Assembly (NCBI GenBank): GCA_021299095.1
Contig: JAJTFW010000002.1
Coordinates: forward strand, 138,133-202,132
Length of the DNA stretch: 64,000 nucleotides
Reading direction: 5' to 3'
DNA from: Sphingobacteriales bacterium
GTDB lineage: Bacteria; Bacteroidota; Bacteroidia; AKYH767-A; OLB10
Positions 21,398-30,631 of this stretch are shown piece by piece. Below the pieces are notes generated by a model. The model made no database searches and was not told the origin of the DNA. It saw only the letters and a list, made by a program, of their open reading frames with translations. Each line of letters starts with the position of its first letter. Position 1 is the first letter of the stretch. Made by a program: the position numbers and the translations under genes.

Positions 21398-22066
21398 TCA
21401 AACCGGGTTGAGACGGCCTTCCTCCACCTTTACGACACGTGAAGGAAATCGATCCATCAACGCATAGTTGTGTGTTACCATTACCACCGCCCTGCTGTTC
21501 CGGCTGATGTCGAATAACAGGTTCATGATTTCATAACTGGTATCCGGGTCCAAGTTGCCTGTAGGTTCATCGGCAAGTATGAGATCAGGGTCATTCAACA
21601 GGGCACGCGCAATAACTAGGCGCTGTTGCTCGCCTCCAGACAATTCGTGGGGTAGCTTAAATGCCTTGGTAGTGAGCCCGACTTTAGACAGCACTTCATC
21701 AACGCGGGCATCCATGGCCTTCAGGTCGGTCCAACCGGTTGCCTTGAGGTAAAAAACAAGATTCTCGCGAGCCGAGCGATCGGTAAGCAATTGAAAATCC
21801 TGAAAGATGATACCGAGCTTACGTCGCAGGGCGGGAATATCCTGGCTCTTCAAGTCGTGCAAATTGAAACCCGCTACCGTACCCTGACCCAGCAGCAAGG
21901 GCAAATCACCATACAACAGGCGCATGATACTGCTCTTTCCACTACCGGTTTTCCCAATCAGATATACAAATTCTCCCCTGCTGACGCTTAGGTTCACATT
22001 GTCGAGCACCAGATTTTTGTTGTGGAAAATACTGGCGTGGCGGAGGTCGATGATGGTATCAGACAT
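21398..22066 (-). CDS. ftsE: Cell division ATP-binding protein FtsE
   Basis: Walker [32 protein letters not shown] and [10 protein letters not shown]. Confidence 0.88.
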   Translation of the reverse strand: MSDTIIDLRHASIFHNKNLVLDNVNLSVSRGEFVYLIGKTGSGKSSIMRLLYGDLPLLLGQGTVAGFNLHDLKSQDIPALRRKLGIIFQDFQLLTDRSARENLVFYLKATGWTDLKAMDARVDEVLSKVGLTTKAFKLPHELSGGEQQRLVIARALLNDPDLILADEPTGNLDPDTSYEIMNLLFDISRNSRAVVMVTHNYALMDRFPSRVVKVEEGRLNPV

Positions 22067-22083
22067 GATTTAATGCGTGGAGC

Positions 22084-22299
22084 TCAGGTCAATTCGAGGG
22101 TTTGAACTTTACCATAGGGTATGGCATTCAAAAATTCCATGATGCGAGGCTCATGGTCTGAAAGACCAACCTTCACCAGGGATTTTTCAGGTCGATCGAG
22201 CCGGAAATAAGCCAGCAGATTGAAGTCCGCATCGCGCAATTGCACGTAATCCGGGATTTTGGCTTTGCCCTGAATTTTCAGGATGTGGTAGGTTGCCAT
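22084..22299 (-). CDS. Small conserved hypothetical protein (71 aa)
   Basis: KIQGKAKIPDYVQLRD..F.LLAYFR motif. Has its own TAAGTTTG -7 element at 22310-22317 and ends 17 nt upstream of ftsE. Confidence 0.75.
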   Translation of the reverse strand: MATYHILKIQGKAKIPDYVQLRDADFNLLAYFRLDRPEKSLVKVGLSDHEPRIMEFLNAIPYGKVQTLELT

Positions 22300-22367
22300 T
22301 GGTCTTGTGCAAACTTAGGGTGGAATCACGTAGTAATCCGGACGAATCGAACGCATTTTTCAACCGC

Positions 22368-22398
22368 AAAAAAGAAGGCCGCCCTTTGGGGGCGGCCT
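22368..22398 (-). terminator. Rho-independent terminator of gldJ
   Basis: Stem aggccgccc/gggcggcct followed on the minus strand by tctttttt. Confidence 0.85.
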
Positions 22399-22426
22399 GT
22401 AGATTTCATGAGAGATGAACTTACGA

Positions 22427-23695
22427 TTAGCGGCGTTTACTATTGTATGTTGCATAGTCGGGCTCGTCGCCATCGATGTAGTTAATGTTATCGGCCTTCT
22501 GGTAATTACGGCGGCTGGCAGCTTCCTGCTCGGTGACATCACGGTATTGTACGCGACCAAGGCTATCTTTTTCAGCAATCGAACCTTCTTCGTCTGTGAG
22601 CTGTGTTTGATACACGTTACCACGGAAGGATCGGAAATCGGTCTTGTCTTCGTGCGAGAGCGGACGATAAACATCCATCACCCATTCCGCTACGTTACCA
22701 CCCATGTTGTACAGGCCGTAATCGTTGGGCAGATATGAATAGACCGGAGCAGTGATGTCGGCATTGTCATTCAAACGACCGGCAACCCCCATGTTGTCAC
22801 CACGACCACGCTTAAAGTTGGCCAGCATTTCACCTTGCCACTTGTCATCAGCGTTACGAACCGCATTCCCGTTCCAAGGATACAGTTTCCGACCGTTTAC
22901 ATTTTCGTACACCGTATTTCCGATTAATGCCAATGAGGCAAATTCCCATTCGGCCTCGGTGGGGAGACGGTATTTCGGAAGAAGGATTCCATCCTCCATG
23001 CGAACTTTACGCGTATCAACGTTGGGATTGAGGTCGACCAGCGGACTACGCACCAGTCCTTCGTATTGCCCAGCGAGGTAGGCATCGGTGTTGAAGTTAT
23101 CTTCGTTTACCTGGGCAGGATTCACCCGTAGAATTCCTTCACGAATCATGATTTGTTCGTTCACCCGATCGGTGCGCCATTTGCAGTAATCGGTGGCTTG
23201 CAACCAATTCACACCAACCACCGGGTAGTCTTGGTAGGCGGGGTGGCGCAGGTACAGATCAACATAGGGCTCGTTGTATGCCAAACGATCACGCCACACC
23301 AAGGTATCCGGCAATGCACGTTTGTATACATCCGGATAATCGTTACCAAATACGCGGCTGAGCCAATACAGGTATTCGAGCCAGTAAATGTTGGACACCT
23401 CGGTTTCGTCGATGTAATAGGACGATACGGTTACACGGCGGGGAATGTTATCCCAGTCTTGGATAACATCCTGTTCGGTGCGACCCATCACAAAGGTTCC
23501 ACCTTCGATCAGCACAAGGCCCGGTCCGGTTTCCTGCTCCGTGTACGGAACAACTTCGAAACCACCGTTTTCCTCGTCATTGACATTCCAGCCTGTAGCA
23601 CCGGACTTGTCACCACCTCCTCGGCAGGAGGACATGAACACAGCGCCGATCACAAGTAGGGGCAGGGCAAGACTTTTCATCTTCATGCTCAACAT
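22427..23695 (-). CDS. gldJ: Gliding motility lipoprotein GldJ (FGE-sulfatase fold), apparently lacking its C-terminal conserved segment
   Basis: Lipobox MSSC. Motifs EQETGPGLVLIEGGTF, YLRHPAY..YPVVGV.W, RLPTEAEWE, ANFKRGRGD and GLYNMGGNVAEWV. Located near porU. Confidence 0.88.
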   Translation of the reverse strand: MLSMKMKSLALPLLVIGAVFMSSCRGGGDKSGATGWNVNDEENGGFEVVPYTEQETGPGLVLIEGGTFVMGRTEQDVIQDWDNIPRRVTVSSYYIDETEVSNIYWLEYLYWLSRVFGNDYPDVYKRALPDTLVWRDRLAYNEPYVDLYLRHPAYQDYPVVGVNWLQATDYCKWRTDRVNEQIMIREGILRVNPAQVNEDNFNTDAYLAGQYEGLVRSPLVDLNPNVDTRKVRMEDGILLPKYRLPTEAEWEFASLALIGNTVYENVNGRKLYPWNGNAVRNADDKWQGEMLANFKRGRGDNMGVAGRLNDNADITAPVYSYLPNDYGLYNMGGNVAEWVMDVYRPLSHEDKTDFRSFRGNVYQTQLTDEEGSIAEKDSLGRVQYRDVTEQEAASRRNYQKADNINYIDGDEPDYATYNSKRR

Positions 23696-23721
23696 GTTTG
23701 GGGAACAAATATGCGAAATAA

Positions 23722-24732
23722 CTAGAAACTGGGGCAGCTTATTGCCCTGAAACGCTTCTTTTTAGGCCTACACTCGAATTGCATTCCCACACTGATTTCG
23801 TGGGAACCGCCGGTTGCATTGCTCAATGCCGATACCGTCACGTCGTAGGAGTAGCCGAATTTGAACATACCACGCTGAAGGCCAACCAGTGCGATGAAAC
23901 TATCAGAAGAAACGGCCTTGTCGCCACCGAAATTGGCACGGTACCACAATCCACCCATGATTGGCGAATTGATAATATACATACCCAGGTTCAACTGATT
24001 GAATGAAGCTTGTTGGTGGTACAATACGTTGGGAGAAATGTAGGTTCCCTCGTCGCGGTTCAGACGGCCTCTGTAGCTCCGGCCGTAGGTGTCGCCTATG
24101 GGCAGCATGGCTCCAAAGTGGGCCGTATACTTTCGGGGCAGCGGCGAAGTACCTTTTACAATAAAGGCCTCGTCGGGTTCAGTCAAGTGATGTACTGCGA
24201 AGCCTCCATAGACCGTGTTGGTGTAGCCCAAAACCCCAGCGGAAAAATCCATGAAGTTCCGGGATTCTGTCGGGCGCGTTTCCTGAGTAGCATAAACGAA
24301 TCCGTAGCGCGGATCGATCATATCACCAAAGGTTAACTTATTGAAATCGAGGGTATTCTGTACATAAGTAGCCTGTAAACCGAAACGCATACTAAAGCGA
24401 CGGTTCACGTTCAGCTGGTAGGAGTACATTGCACTGAGGTTCAGCTTATTGATGGTACCCTCACCGGCCTTATCCTGCAAAAACAGCACTCCTACCCCAC
24501 CATTAATCAGATCGAAATGCTGGTCGTAGCCGGCACTGGTGGTGATGTAGGTTTCCTTGAGGGCGGGCCACTGGTTCCGGTAGTTGAAATTCACGCGCGG
24601 ACATTTTGCCGAACCTGCGAATGCGGGATTCAGGTACAGTGGATTGGCATAAAACTGCGTGAACTGGGGATCCTGCGCACCGGCCACCAGGCTCAGCGCC
24701 GTCATTGCACACAGGATGAGGAAATGCTTCAT
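23722..24732 (-). CDS. Type IX secretion system membrane protein, PorP/SprF family
   Basis: Signal peptide then QDPQFTQFYANPLYLNPAFAG, YRNQWP and GYSYD...GGSHEIS. ATG at 24732. Confidence 0.92.
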   Translation of the reverse strand: MKHFLILCAMTALSLVAGAQDPQFTQFYANPLYLNPAFAGSAKCPRVNFNYRNQWPALKETYITTSAGYDQHFDLINGGVGVLFLQDKAGEGTINKLNLSAMYSYQLNVNRRFSMRFGLQATYVQNTLDFNKLTFGDMIDPRYGFVYATQETRPTESRNFMDFSAGVLGYTNTVYGGFAVHHLTEPDEAFIVKGTSPLPRKYTAHFGAMLPIGDTYGRSYRGRLNRDEGTYISPNVLYHQQASFNQLNLGMYIINSPIMGGLWYRANFGGDKAVSSDSFIALVGLQRGMFKFGYSYDVTVSALSNATGGSHEISVGMQFECRPKKKRFRAISCPSF

Positions 24733-24930
24733 GTGAGGTTCTGTTGTATGGTGGTTTATACGCAGGCCTTTAATTTTGTTTCGTTTTCGCCAAATTCGTC
24801 GGGCAATACCGAATCCGACTTGTCGTTTCTTAGGAGCACTGACCTGACTCCAAAGATGCGAAAACGATTGGAATTGCGACAAATGTATACGAATCCGACT
24901 CAAACCCGATCGTCGGATTGACCACCCTGC

Positions 24931-27900
24931 ATGAAAAAACTCCTCATCATCGTTTTGCTCCTTTCAGGGATTCACCTGAACCTCTTTTCACAAGCTTTCA
25001 AACCGTCATCGGACGCTGCCGACATCTCTTACCAGCTAGAGTGGCTTAGCGACGAGTCGGGACGCATCTCCTTCCGAAACGCAGAGCATCCGGACTTTTT
25101 CAATGGCTTACCAGCCCTGGCCATCAAGAACAAGGATGAAATCGTGTCGGCTGTTGTGACAAACGCCCGCTACGAAACCGTGGATTCAAAATTGGCATCA
25201 CCTATTTCCGAATTCATCAGCAATGACCCGCAGCTGGAAGCGGTCGTGCTGGAATCCGGGAAAGAACGCCAATCGCTGTTGTATGTGTTGCCGTTCAGGC
25301 GAAATGCACTCAGCGGACAGATTGAACGATTGCTTTCGTTTGGGCTCGACCTGACCACGAGACCATTTCCAAATCTTCCTACCGCCCGAGCTGCCACTGC
25401 TTCCGCTTTCAACACACAATCAGTTCTTTCGTCAGGTGACTGGTTCAGATTCACCGTACACACTGATGGAATTTACGCCCTATCATATGCAGACCTGTCG
25501 AGCTTGGGAATCGTGGCTAACGCCACACCCACTTCCTCCCTGCGCTTGTTCGGCAACGGTGGCGGCATGGTGCCACTAGCTAACAGTACCGACCGCGCCG
25601 ATGACTTGCAGGAATGTGCCGTTGAAGTAGCGGACCTGGACAATGATGGACTTTTTGGTGAAGGCGACCAGTTGTTTTTTTATGGGCAGGGCCCCGATCG
25701 ATGGTCTTATAGGCCAACCGAGAAGCAATACGTCCACCAAAAACACCTTTTCTCCGATTCCACTTCCTACTATTTGACTCTTAGGGATACAGGTACACCC
25801 AGGCGGATCACCCCAGACCCGGGCATTCCTGCTCAACCTGACATGCCACTGGTCACTTCCTTCACCGATGTGGGATTCCACGAGGAGGACATCCGAAACT
25901 TCATCAAATCAGGGCGAAATTGGTATGGTGAGGCCTTTGATGTGACCCTAAGTCAGCGCTTCAGCTTCACCTTTCCAAACCTAATTCCCGGAACGGTGCG
26001 TCTGCGCTCCAACGTTGCTGCGCGCACATCCACATCCACAGCAACCAGCAGCCGTTTCTCCGTGTCGTACAATAACACCACAGTACTTACACACACGGTA
26101 CCGAATGTCGGCACAAGTTACACCGACGACTTTGCGCGCACATCGTTTCTTAAAACTACGTTCCAGGCTGGAACAGGCCCCGACCTTAGCCTTACCTATA
26201 CCTTCCAGCCATATAACGCAAGCTCATCCGGATGGCTTGACTACGTTTCAGTCAACGTCCAACGCGAACTCCGTTTTGCCGGAAACCAGTTGTTCTTCCG
26301 CGACGAAGACAGCCTTGGCAACGGCAGTAATCTGCAACGCACCTACCGGATTGAAGGAGTTGACAATTCCCTACGACTTTGGAACATCAGCCAACACAAC
26401 AACGTACGCTCTCAACTTTTCAGCCTCAACGCACAAACCGCTGAATTTTCGCAAAACGTTTCATTGAGTTCGCAGGCTAACTACGCTTTATTCAACGAAA
26501 ACGCACTACTGAAGCCCACCTTCTCAGGACGCATAGGCAATCAAAACCTGCACGGGCTCACTGCTGCGCAGTACCTCATCATCAGCCCTTCCTTTCTGAT
26601 TCCGGAAGCCGAGCGCCTAGCCGAATTTCACCGAACGCAGGACAATCTAAGTGCACATGTTGTTGCACTAGAAGACATCTATAACGAGTTCTCGTCGGGC
26701 GCACAGGACATCGCTGCCATTCGCGATTTCATTCGCATGTTTCACGTCCGCTACAGTGGCACTCCAGATGCATTGCGTTATGTTCTATTGTTCGGCGATG
26801 GCTCGTATGACCACAAGGATCGCATCAGCGGAAATTCAAACCTGATCCCAACTTTTCAATCGGAAAATTCGGTGTCCCTACTTATCTCCTATACTTCAGA
26901 TGATTTTTATACTATGCTTGATGAGGGTGAGGGAACGTTGGTCGGACCCGAGTTACCCGATGTCGGCATCGGCCGCATACCCGTTAAAACAATCGAGCAA
27001 GCACGCGAGCAAGTCGAGAAAATTATCCGCTACAGCACGCCTGGTGAAGATGGAGGAGCAACCAATTGTGCAGGAAACTCCACTCTGCGGCTAGGTGATT
27101 GGAGAAACGCCCTGTGCTTCATCGCCGACGATCAAGACCGAAACCTGCACTTGCGCCAGAGTGAACGGATACTTGCGATTGCCCAGCAATTTTCACCGGC
27201 ATCTACCATCGATAAAATCGTTCTTGATGCCTACAACCAGGTTTCGACTCCCGGAGGACCAAGGTATCCGGATGTCAATGAAGCCATCGATCGCAGAATC
27301 CAAAAAGGTGCCTTGCTGGTGAATTACACCGGGCATGGCGGCGAATTGGGCTGGGCCTCCGAGGCTATCTTGAACAATGACATGATTAACAGCTGGAGTA
27401 ATGCCAATACACTACCGGCCTTTATTACAGCTACCTGTGAATTCAGCCGTTACGACGATCCGCAACGCACCGCAGCCGGCGAATTCGTTTTACTGAACGT
27501 ATCCGGCGGCGGCATCTGCCTTTTCACAACCGTCCGCTTGGCATTTGCCATCGAAAACGAACTCATCAACTCGAATATGATCAAACGCATGTTCACTCCT
27601 TTAAATGGTGAAATGCCCCGGGCTGGTGATATCATTCGATTGTCAAAGACTGACAATCCATCTAACAGAAACGTAACCCTGTTAGGCGACCCGGCGCTTC
27701 GTTTATCCTATCCGAAACACAAAGTGAACACAACGGCCATCGAGGAAGCCAGCACAGGCCTCCCTGCCGATACCCTTCGGTCCCTTAATAAAATCACCGT
27801 CCGCGGACGCATCGAGGATCAAAGCGGTAATCCGCTGAACGGGTTCAATGGCTTGATTTACCCGACGGTGTTCGATAAATCCGGAAAAGTGTACACCCTT

Positions 27901-28809
27901 GTAAACGACCAATCGGGATCGGACATCAGCCTACCGGACAGCTTTATGCTTCGCAGTAACACGCTCTATAAGGGAAAGGCGAGCGTCCGAAACGGCGAAT
28001 TCAGCTGCACCTTTATTGTACCGAAAGACATTTCCATCCAATATGGAAGCGGCCGTATCAGCTATTACGCCCACAATGGCGCGGAGGATGCCCAGGGAGT
28101 AAACGAATCCATCGTAATCGGCGGCATCGGGTCACTGGCCTTATCGGACAACGCTGGCCCCGAAATTCGTTTGTACATGAACGACGAAGGGTTCGTCCCA
28201 GGAAGTATGACCAGCCCAAATCCGTTAGTATATGCAGTTCTCACCGATTCGAGTGGAATCAACACAGTGGGTAATGGTATCGGTCATGATATCACTGCGC
28301 AGCTTGATGGAAAACCCAACCTACTCTATGTGTTGAATGATTTCTATGAATCAGACCTCGACTCCTATCAGAAAGGCAAAGTGCGATTCCCGCTAGAGGG
28401 ATTGAGTGAAGGAACCCACACCCTTGTTCTGAAAGCCTGGGACATCAACAATAATTCCAGTGAGCAGCGAATTGAATTCGTGGTTGCCAGTTCAGAGCGG
28501 CTCGCCCTGGACCGTGTTCTGAATTATCCGAACCCGTTCACCACACGAACCACCTTCATGTTCGAACACAATAAACCCTGCGAGGGCATGGCCGTTCAGG
28601 TGCAGGTGTTCACTGTAAGTGGGAAATTGGTCAAGACCCTTGACAGCTACCAGATTTGCGAGGGCTTTCGAAACAGCCCCCTCGAATGGGACGGTAGAGA
28701 CGACTTTGGTGACCCCCTGGGTAAGGGAGTCTATGTTTATCGGCTTAAGGTCCGCACTGCCGATGGGGAAACGGCACAAAAGACTGAAAAGCTGGTGCTT
28801 TTACGGTAA
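24931..28809 (+). CDS. porU: Type IX secretion system sortase PorU (peptidase C25)
   Basis: SVLSSGDW, LLFGDGSYD, SDDFY, NYTGHGG, TATCEFSRYDDP and LLGDPAL, with a C-terminal CTD (NYPNPF...GVYVYRL...KLVLLR). Confidence 0.95.
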   Translation: MKKLLIIVLLLSGIHLNLFSQAFKPSSDAADISYQLEWLSDESGRISFRNAEHPDFFNGLPALAIKNKDEIVSAVVTNARYETVDSKLASPISEFISNDPQLEAVVLESGKERQSLLYVLPFRRNALSGQIERLLSFGLDLTTRPFPNLPTARAATASAFNTQSVLSSGDWFRFTVHTDGIYALSYADLSSLGIVANATPTSSLRLFGNGGGMVPLANSTDRADDLQECAVEVADLDNDGLFGEGDQLFFYGQGPDRWSYRPTEKQYVHQKHLFSDSTSYYLTLRDTGTPRRITPDPGIPAQPDMPLVTSFTDVGFHEEDIRNFIKSGRNWYGEAFDVTLSQRFSFTFPNLIPGTVRLRSNVAARTSTSTATSSRFSVSYNNTTVLTHTVPNVGTSYTDDFARTSFLKTTFQAGTGPDLSLTYTFQPYNASSSGWLDYVSVNVQRELRFAGNQLFFRDEDSLGNGSNLQRTYRIEGVDNSLRLWNISQHNNVRSQLFSLNAQTAEFSQNVSLSSQANYALFNENALLKPTFSGRIGNQNLHGLTAAQYLIISPSFLIPEAERLAEFHRTQDNLSAHVVALEDIYNEFSSGAQDIAAIRDFIRMFHVRYSGTPDALRYVLLFGDGSYDHKDRISGNSNLIPTFQSENSVSLLISYTSDDFYTMLDEGEGTLVGPELPDVGIGRIPVKTIEQAREQVEKIIRYSTPGEDGGATNCAGNSTLRLGDWRNALCFIADDQDRNLHLRQSERILAIAQQFSPASTIDKIVLDAYNQVSTPGGPRYPDVNEAIDRRIQKGALLVNYTGHGGELGWASEAILNNDMINSWSNANTLPAFITATCEFSRYDDPQRTAAGEFVLLNVSGGGICLFTTVRLAFAIENELINSNMIKRMFTPLNGEMPRAGDIIRLSKTDNPSNRNVTLLGDPALRLSYPKHKVNTTAIEEASTGLPADTLRSLNKITVRGRIEDQSGNPLNGFNGLIYPTVFDKSGKVYTLVNDQSGSDISLPDSFMLRSNTLYKGKASVRNGEFSCTFIVPKDISIQYGSGRISYYAHNGAEDAQGVNESIVIGGIGSLALSDNAGPEIRLYMNDEGFVPGSMTSPNPLVYAVLTDSSGINTVGNGIGHDITAQLDGKPNLLYVLNDFYESDLDSYQKGKVRFPLEGLSEGTHTLVLKAWDINNNSSEQRIEFVVASSERLALDRVLNYPNPFTTRTTFMFEHNKPCEGMAVQVQVFTVSGKLVKTLDSYQICEGFRNSPLEWDGRDDFGDPLGKGVYVYRLKVRTADGETAQKTEKLVLLR

Positions 28810-28928
28810 TCCGACCTCACATTCTGTTCACAGGCTGCACAATAAGCGGCGGTCGAAATCGTTATATTTGTCCTTCTCATGATACCATGCTTACCGGATT
28901 CGACATTCCGGAGCGATTACCCAACACA

Positions 28929-30137
28929 ATGATGCGCTTATCGAACCTCAAGTCGGCTTTGTTTCCGGCTCTTCTCTTCTTCTCCATTGCACCGGCTTCG
29001 GCACAACAATCGAACCTGCTCGGACAAATCAACACCATCACCACCGCTGTACCCTTCATCATGATTTCGCCGGACGCACGTGCCGGAGGTATGGGAGATG
29101 TAGGCGTTGCATCGGCACCGGATGTCAATTCCATACACTGGAATGCGGCGAAACTGGCCTTTGCCGAGAATAAAATGGGATTCGGCGTGTCGTACACACC
29201 CTGGCTTCGCGCCCTGGTGAACGACATGTTCATTGCATACATTTCGGGTTACACCAAACTCAAGGGAGACCAAACCCTCGCAAGTTCGCTGCGCTATTTC
29301 AGCCTTGGCAACATCACCTTTACGGATGTGAATGGAAACACCATCCGGGATTTCAAGCCGAATGAATTTGCCTTTGACCTGGCTTACTCCCGTAAATTGG
29401 GGGATAACCTTTCGGGCGGTATCGCACTGCGCTTTATCCACTCTAACCTAACCGGCGGAACCCAAGTTGAAGGGCAGGATTCGAAAGCAGGCAATACGGC
29501 AGCAGCTGATGTGTCGGTCTATTACGAGAAGGAAATCGAACTGGGCAACAAGGATGCGGTGTTGATGAGCGGCTTGAACATTTCCAACATTGGCGCCAAG
29601 ATCTCCTATACCCAGTCGGGCGTTAAGAATTTCATCCCGACAAACCTTCGACTTGGTCCGGGCTTGAAGATGCTACTGAATGACTACAACGAGTTGTCAT
29701 TCATGCTCGACATCAACAAACTCCTTGTGCCGACACCTCCAATCTATACCCAGGACACAGCCAACAGTGCCGAGAACATCGTCCTGTTCGGCAAGGATCC
29801 CGATGTGAGCGTAGCTCAGGGTATTTTCCAATCCTTCTCCGATGCTCCGAACGGATTCAGCGAAGAATTGCAGGAGATCAACATCGGTGTTGGCATGGAG
29901 TACTGGTATGACAAGCAGTTCGCATTTCGCGCCGGTTATTTCTACGAAGACAAGCGGAAAGGCAACCGCAAATACTTTACGCTGGGTGCAGGTTTACGTT
30001 ACAACGTATTCGGAATTGACTTGGCCTATTTGATCCCCACCAACCAGCGCAATCCGCTGGAGAACACCCTGCACTTCACCCTCACTTTCGACTTTGCCGA
30101 TGTGGGTGCAGCAAGTAACCGGGAAGAAACCGAATAA
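28929..30137 (+). CDS. porV: Type IX secretion system outer membrane protein PorV
   Basis: ITTAVPFIMISPDARAGGMGD, YTPWL, SLRYFSLG and KGNRKY. Directly after porU; TATATTTG at 28863-28870. Confidence 0.95.
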   Translation: MMRLSNLKSALFPALLFFSIAPASAQQSNLLGQINTITTAVPFIMISPDARAGGMGDVGVASAPDVNSIHWNAAKLAFAENKMGFGVSYTPWLRALVNDMFIAYISGYTKLKGDQTLASSLRYFSLGNITFTDVNGNTIRDFKPNEFAFDLAYSRKLGDNLSGGIALRFIHSNLTGGTQVEGQDSKAGNTAAADVSVYYEKEIELGNKDAVLMSGLNISNIGAKISYTQSGVKNFIPTNLRLGPGLKMLLNDYNELSFMLDINKLLVPTPPIYTQDTANSAENIVLFGKDPDVSVAQGIFQSFSDAPNGFSEELQEINIGVGMEYWYDKQFAFRAGYFYEDKRKGNRKYFTLGAGLRYNVFGIDLAYLIPTNQRNPLENTLHFTLTFDFADVGAASNREETE

Positions 30138-30146
30138 ACCAATCCA

Positions 30147-30626
30147 TTGAATATTCGCGTCGGTTTCGGTTTTGATGTCCATCAACTGCAAGAGGGGCGC
30201 CCCCTTGTACTTGGCGGAGTTGAAATTGCGCACCACAAAGGCGCACTCGGACATTCGGATGCGGATGTACTGATTCATGCAATCTGCGATGCTCTGCTTG
30301 GTGCTGCCGGTCTAAAGGACATCGGGACTTATTTTCCAGACACATCGTCAGAGTTCAAAAACATCGACAGTAAGATTTTACTCACCCGCGTGATGACCCT
30401 GATCGGTGAACGTGGTTACCGGGTTGGCAATGTGGATGCCTCACTCATACTTGAGCGCCCGAAAATCAAGCCCCATATTGATGCCATGCGAATTACCCTG
30501 TCGGAAATCCTGAAGATAGGCTCGGAAGACATCAGTATCAAGGCTACGACCAATGAAAAAATGGGGTATGTGGGCCGTGAAGAAGGAGTTGCTGCCTATG
30601 CTGTCTGCCTCATTTCAAAAGACTGA
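30147..30626 (+). CDS. ispF: 2-C-methyl-D-erythritol 2,4-cyclodiphosphate synthase
   Basis: RVGFGFDVH, GHSDADV..HAICDALLGAAG..DIG and KATTNEKMG. TTG start. Confidence 0.97.
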   Translation: MNIRVGFGFDVHQLQEGRPLVLGGVEIAHHKGALGHSDADVLIHAICDALLGAAGLKDIGTYFPDTSSEFKNIDSKILLTRVMTLIGERGYRVGNVDASLILERPKIKPHIDAMRITLSEILKIGSEDISIKATTNEKMGYVGREEGVAAYAVCLISKD

Positions 30627-30631
30627 GTTTA

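Noticed and set aside
22360..22426. KGG in the alternate frame after gldJ (EIYRPPPKGGLLFCG) as a frameshifted GldJ C-terminus
   Set aside because: It is the GC-rich terminator hairpin read as codons. It has no GGSW or GFRC motif and is too short.
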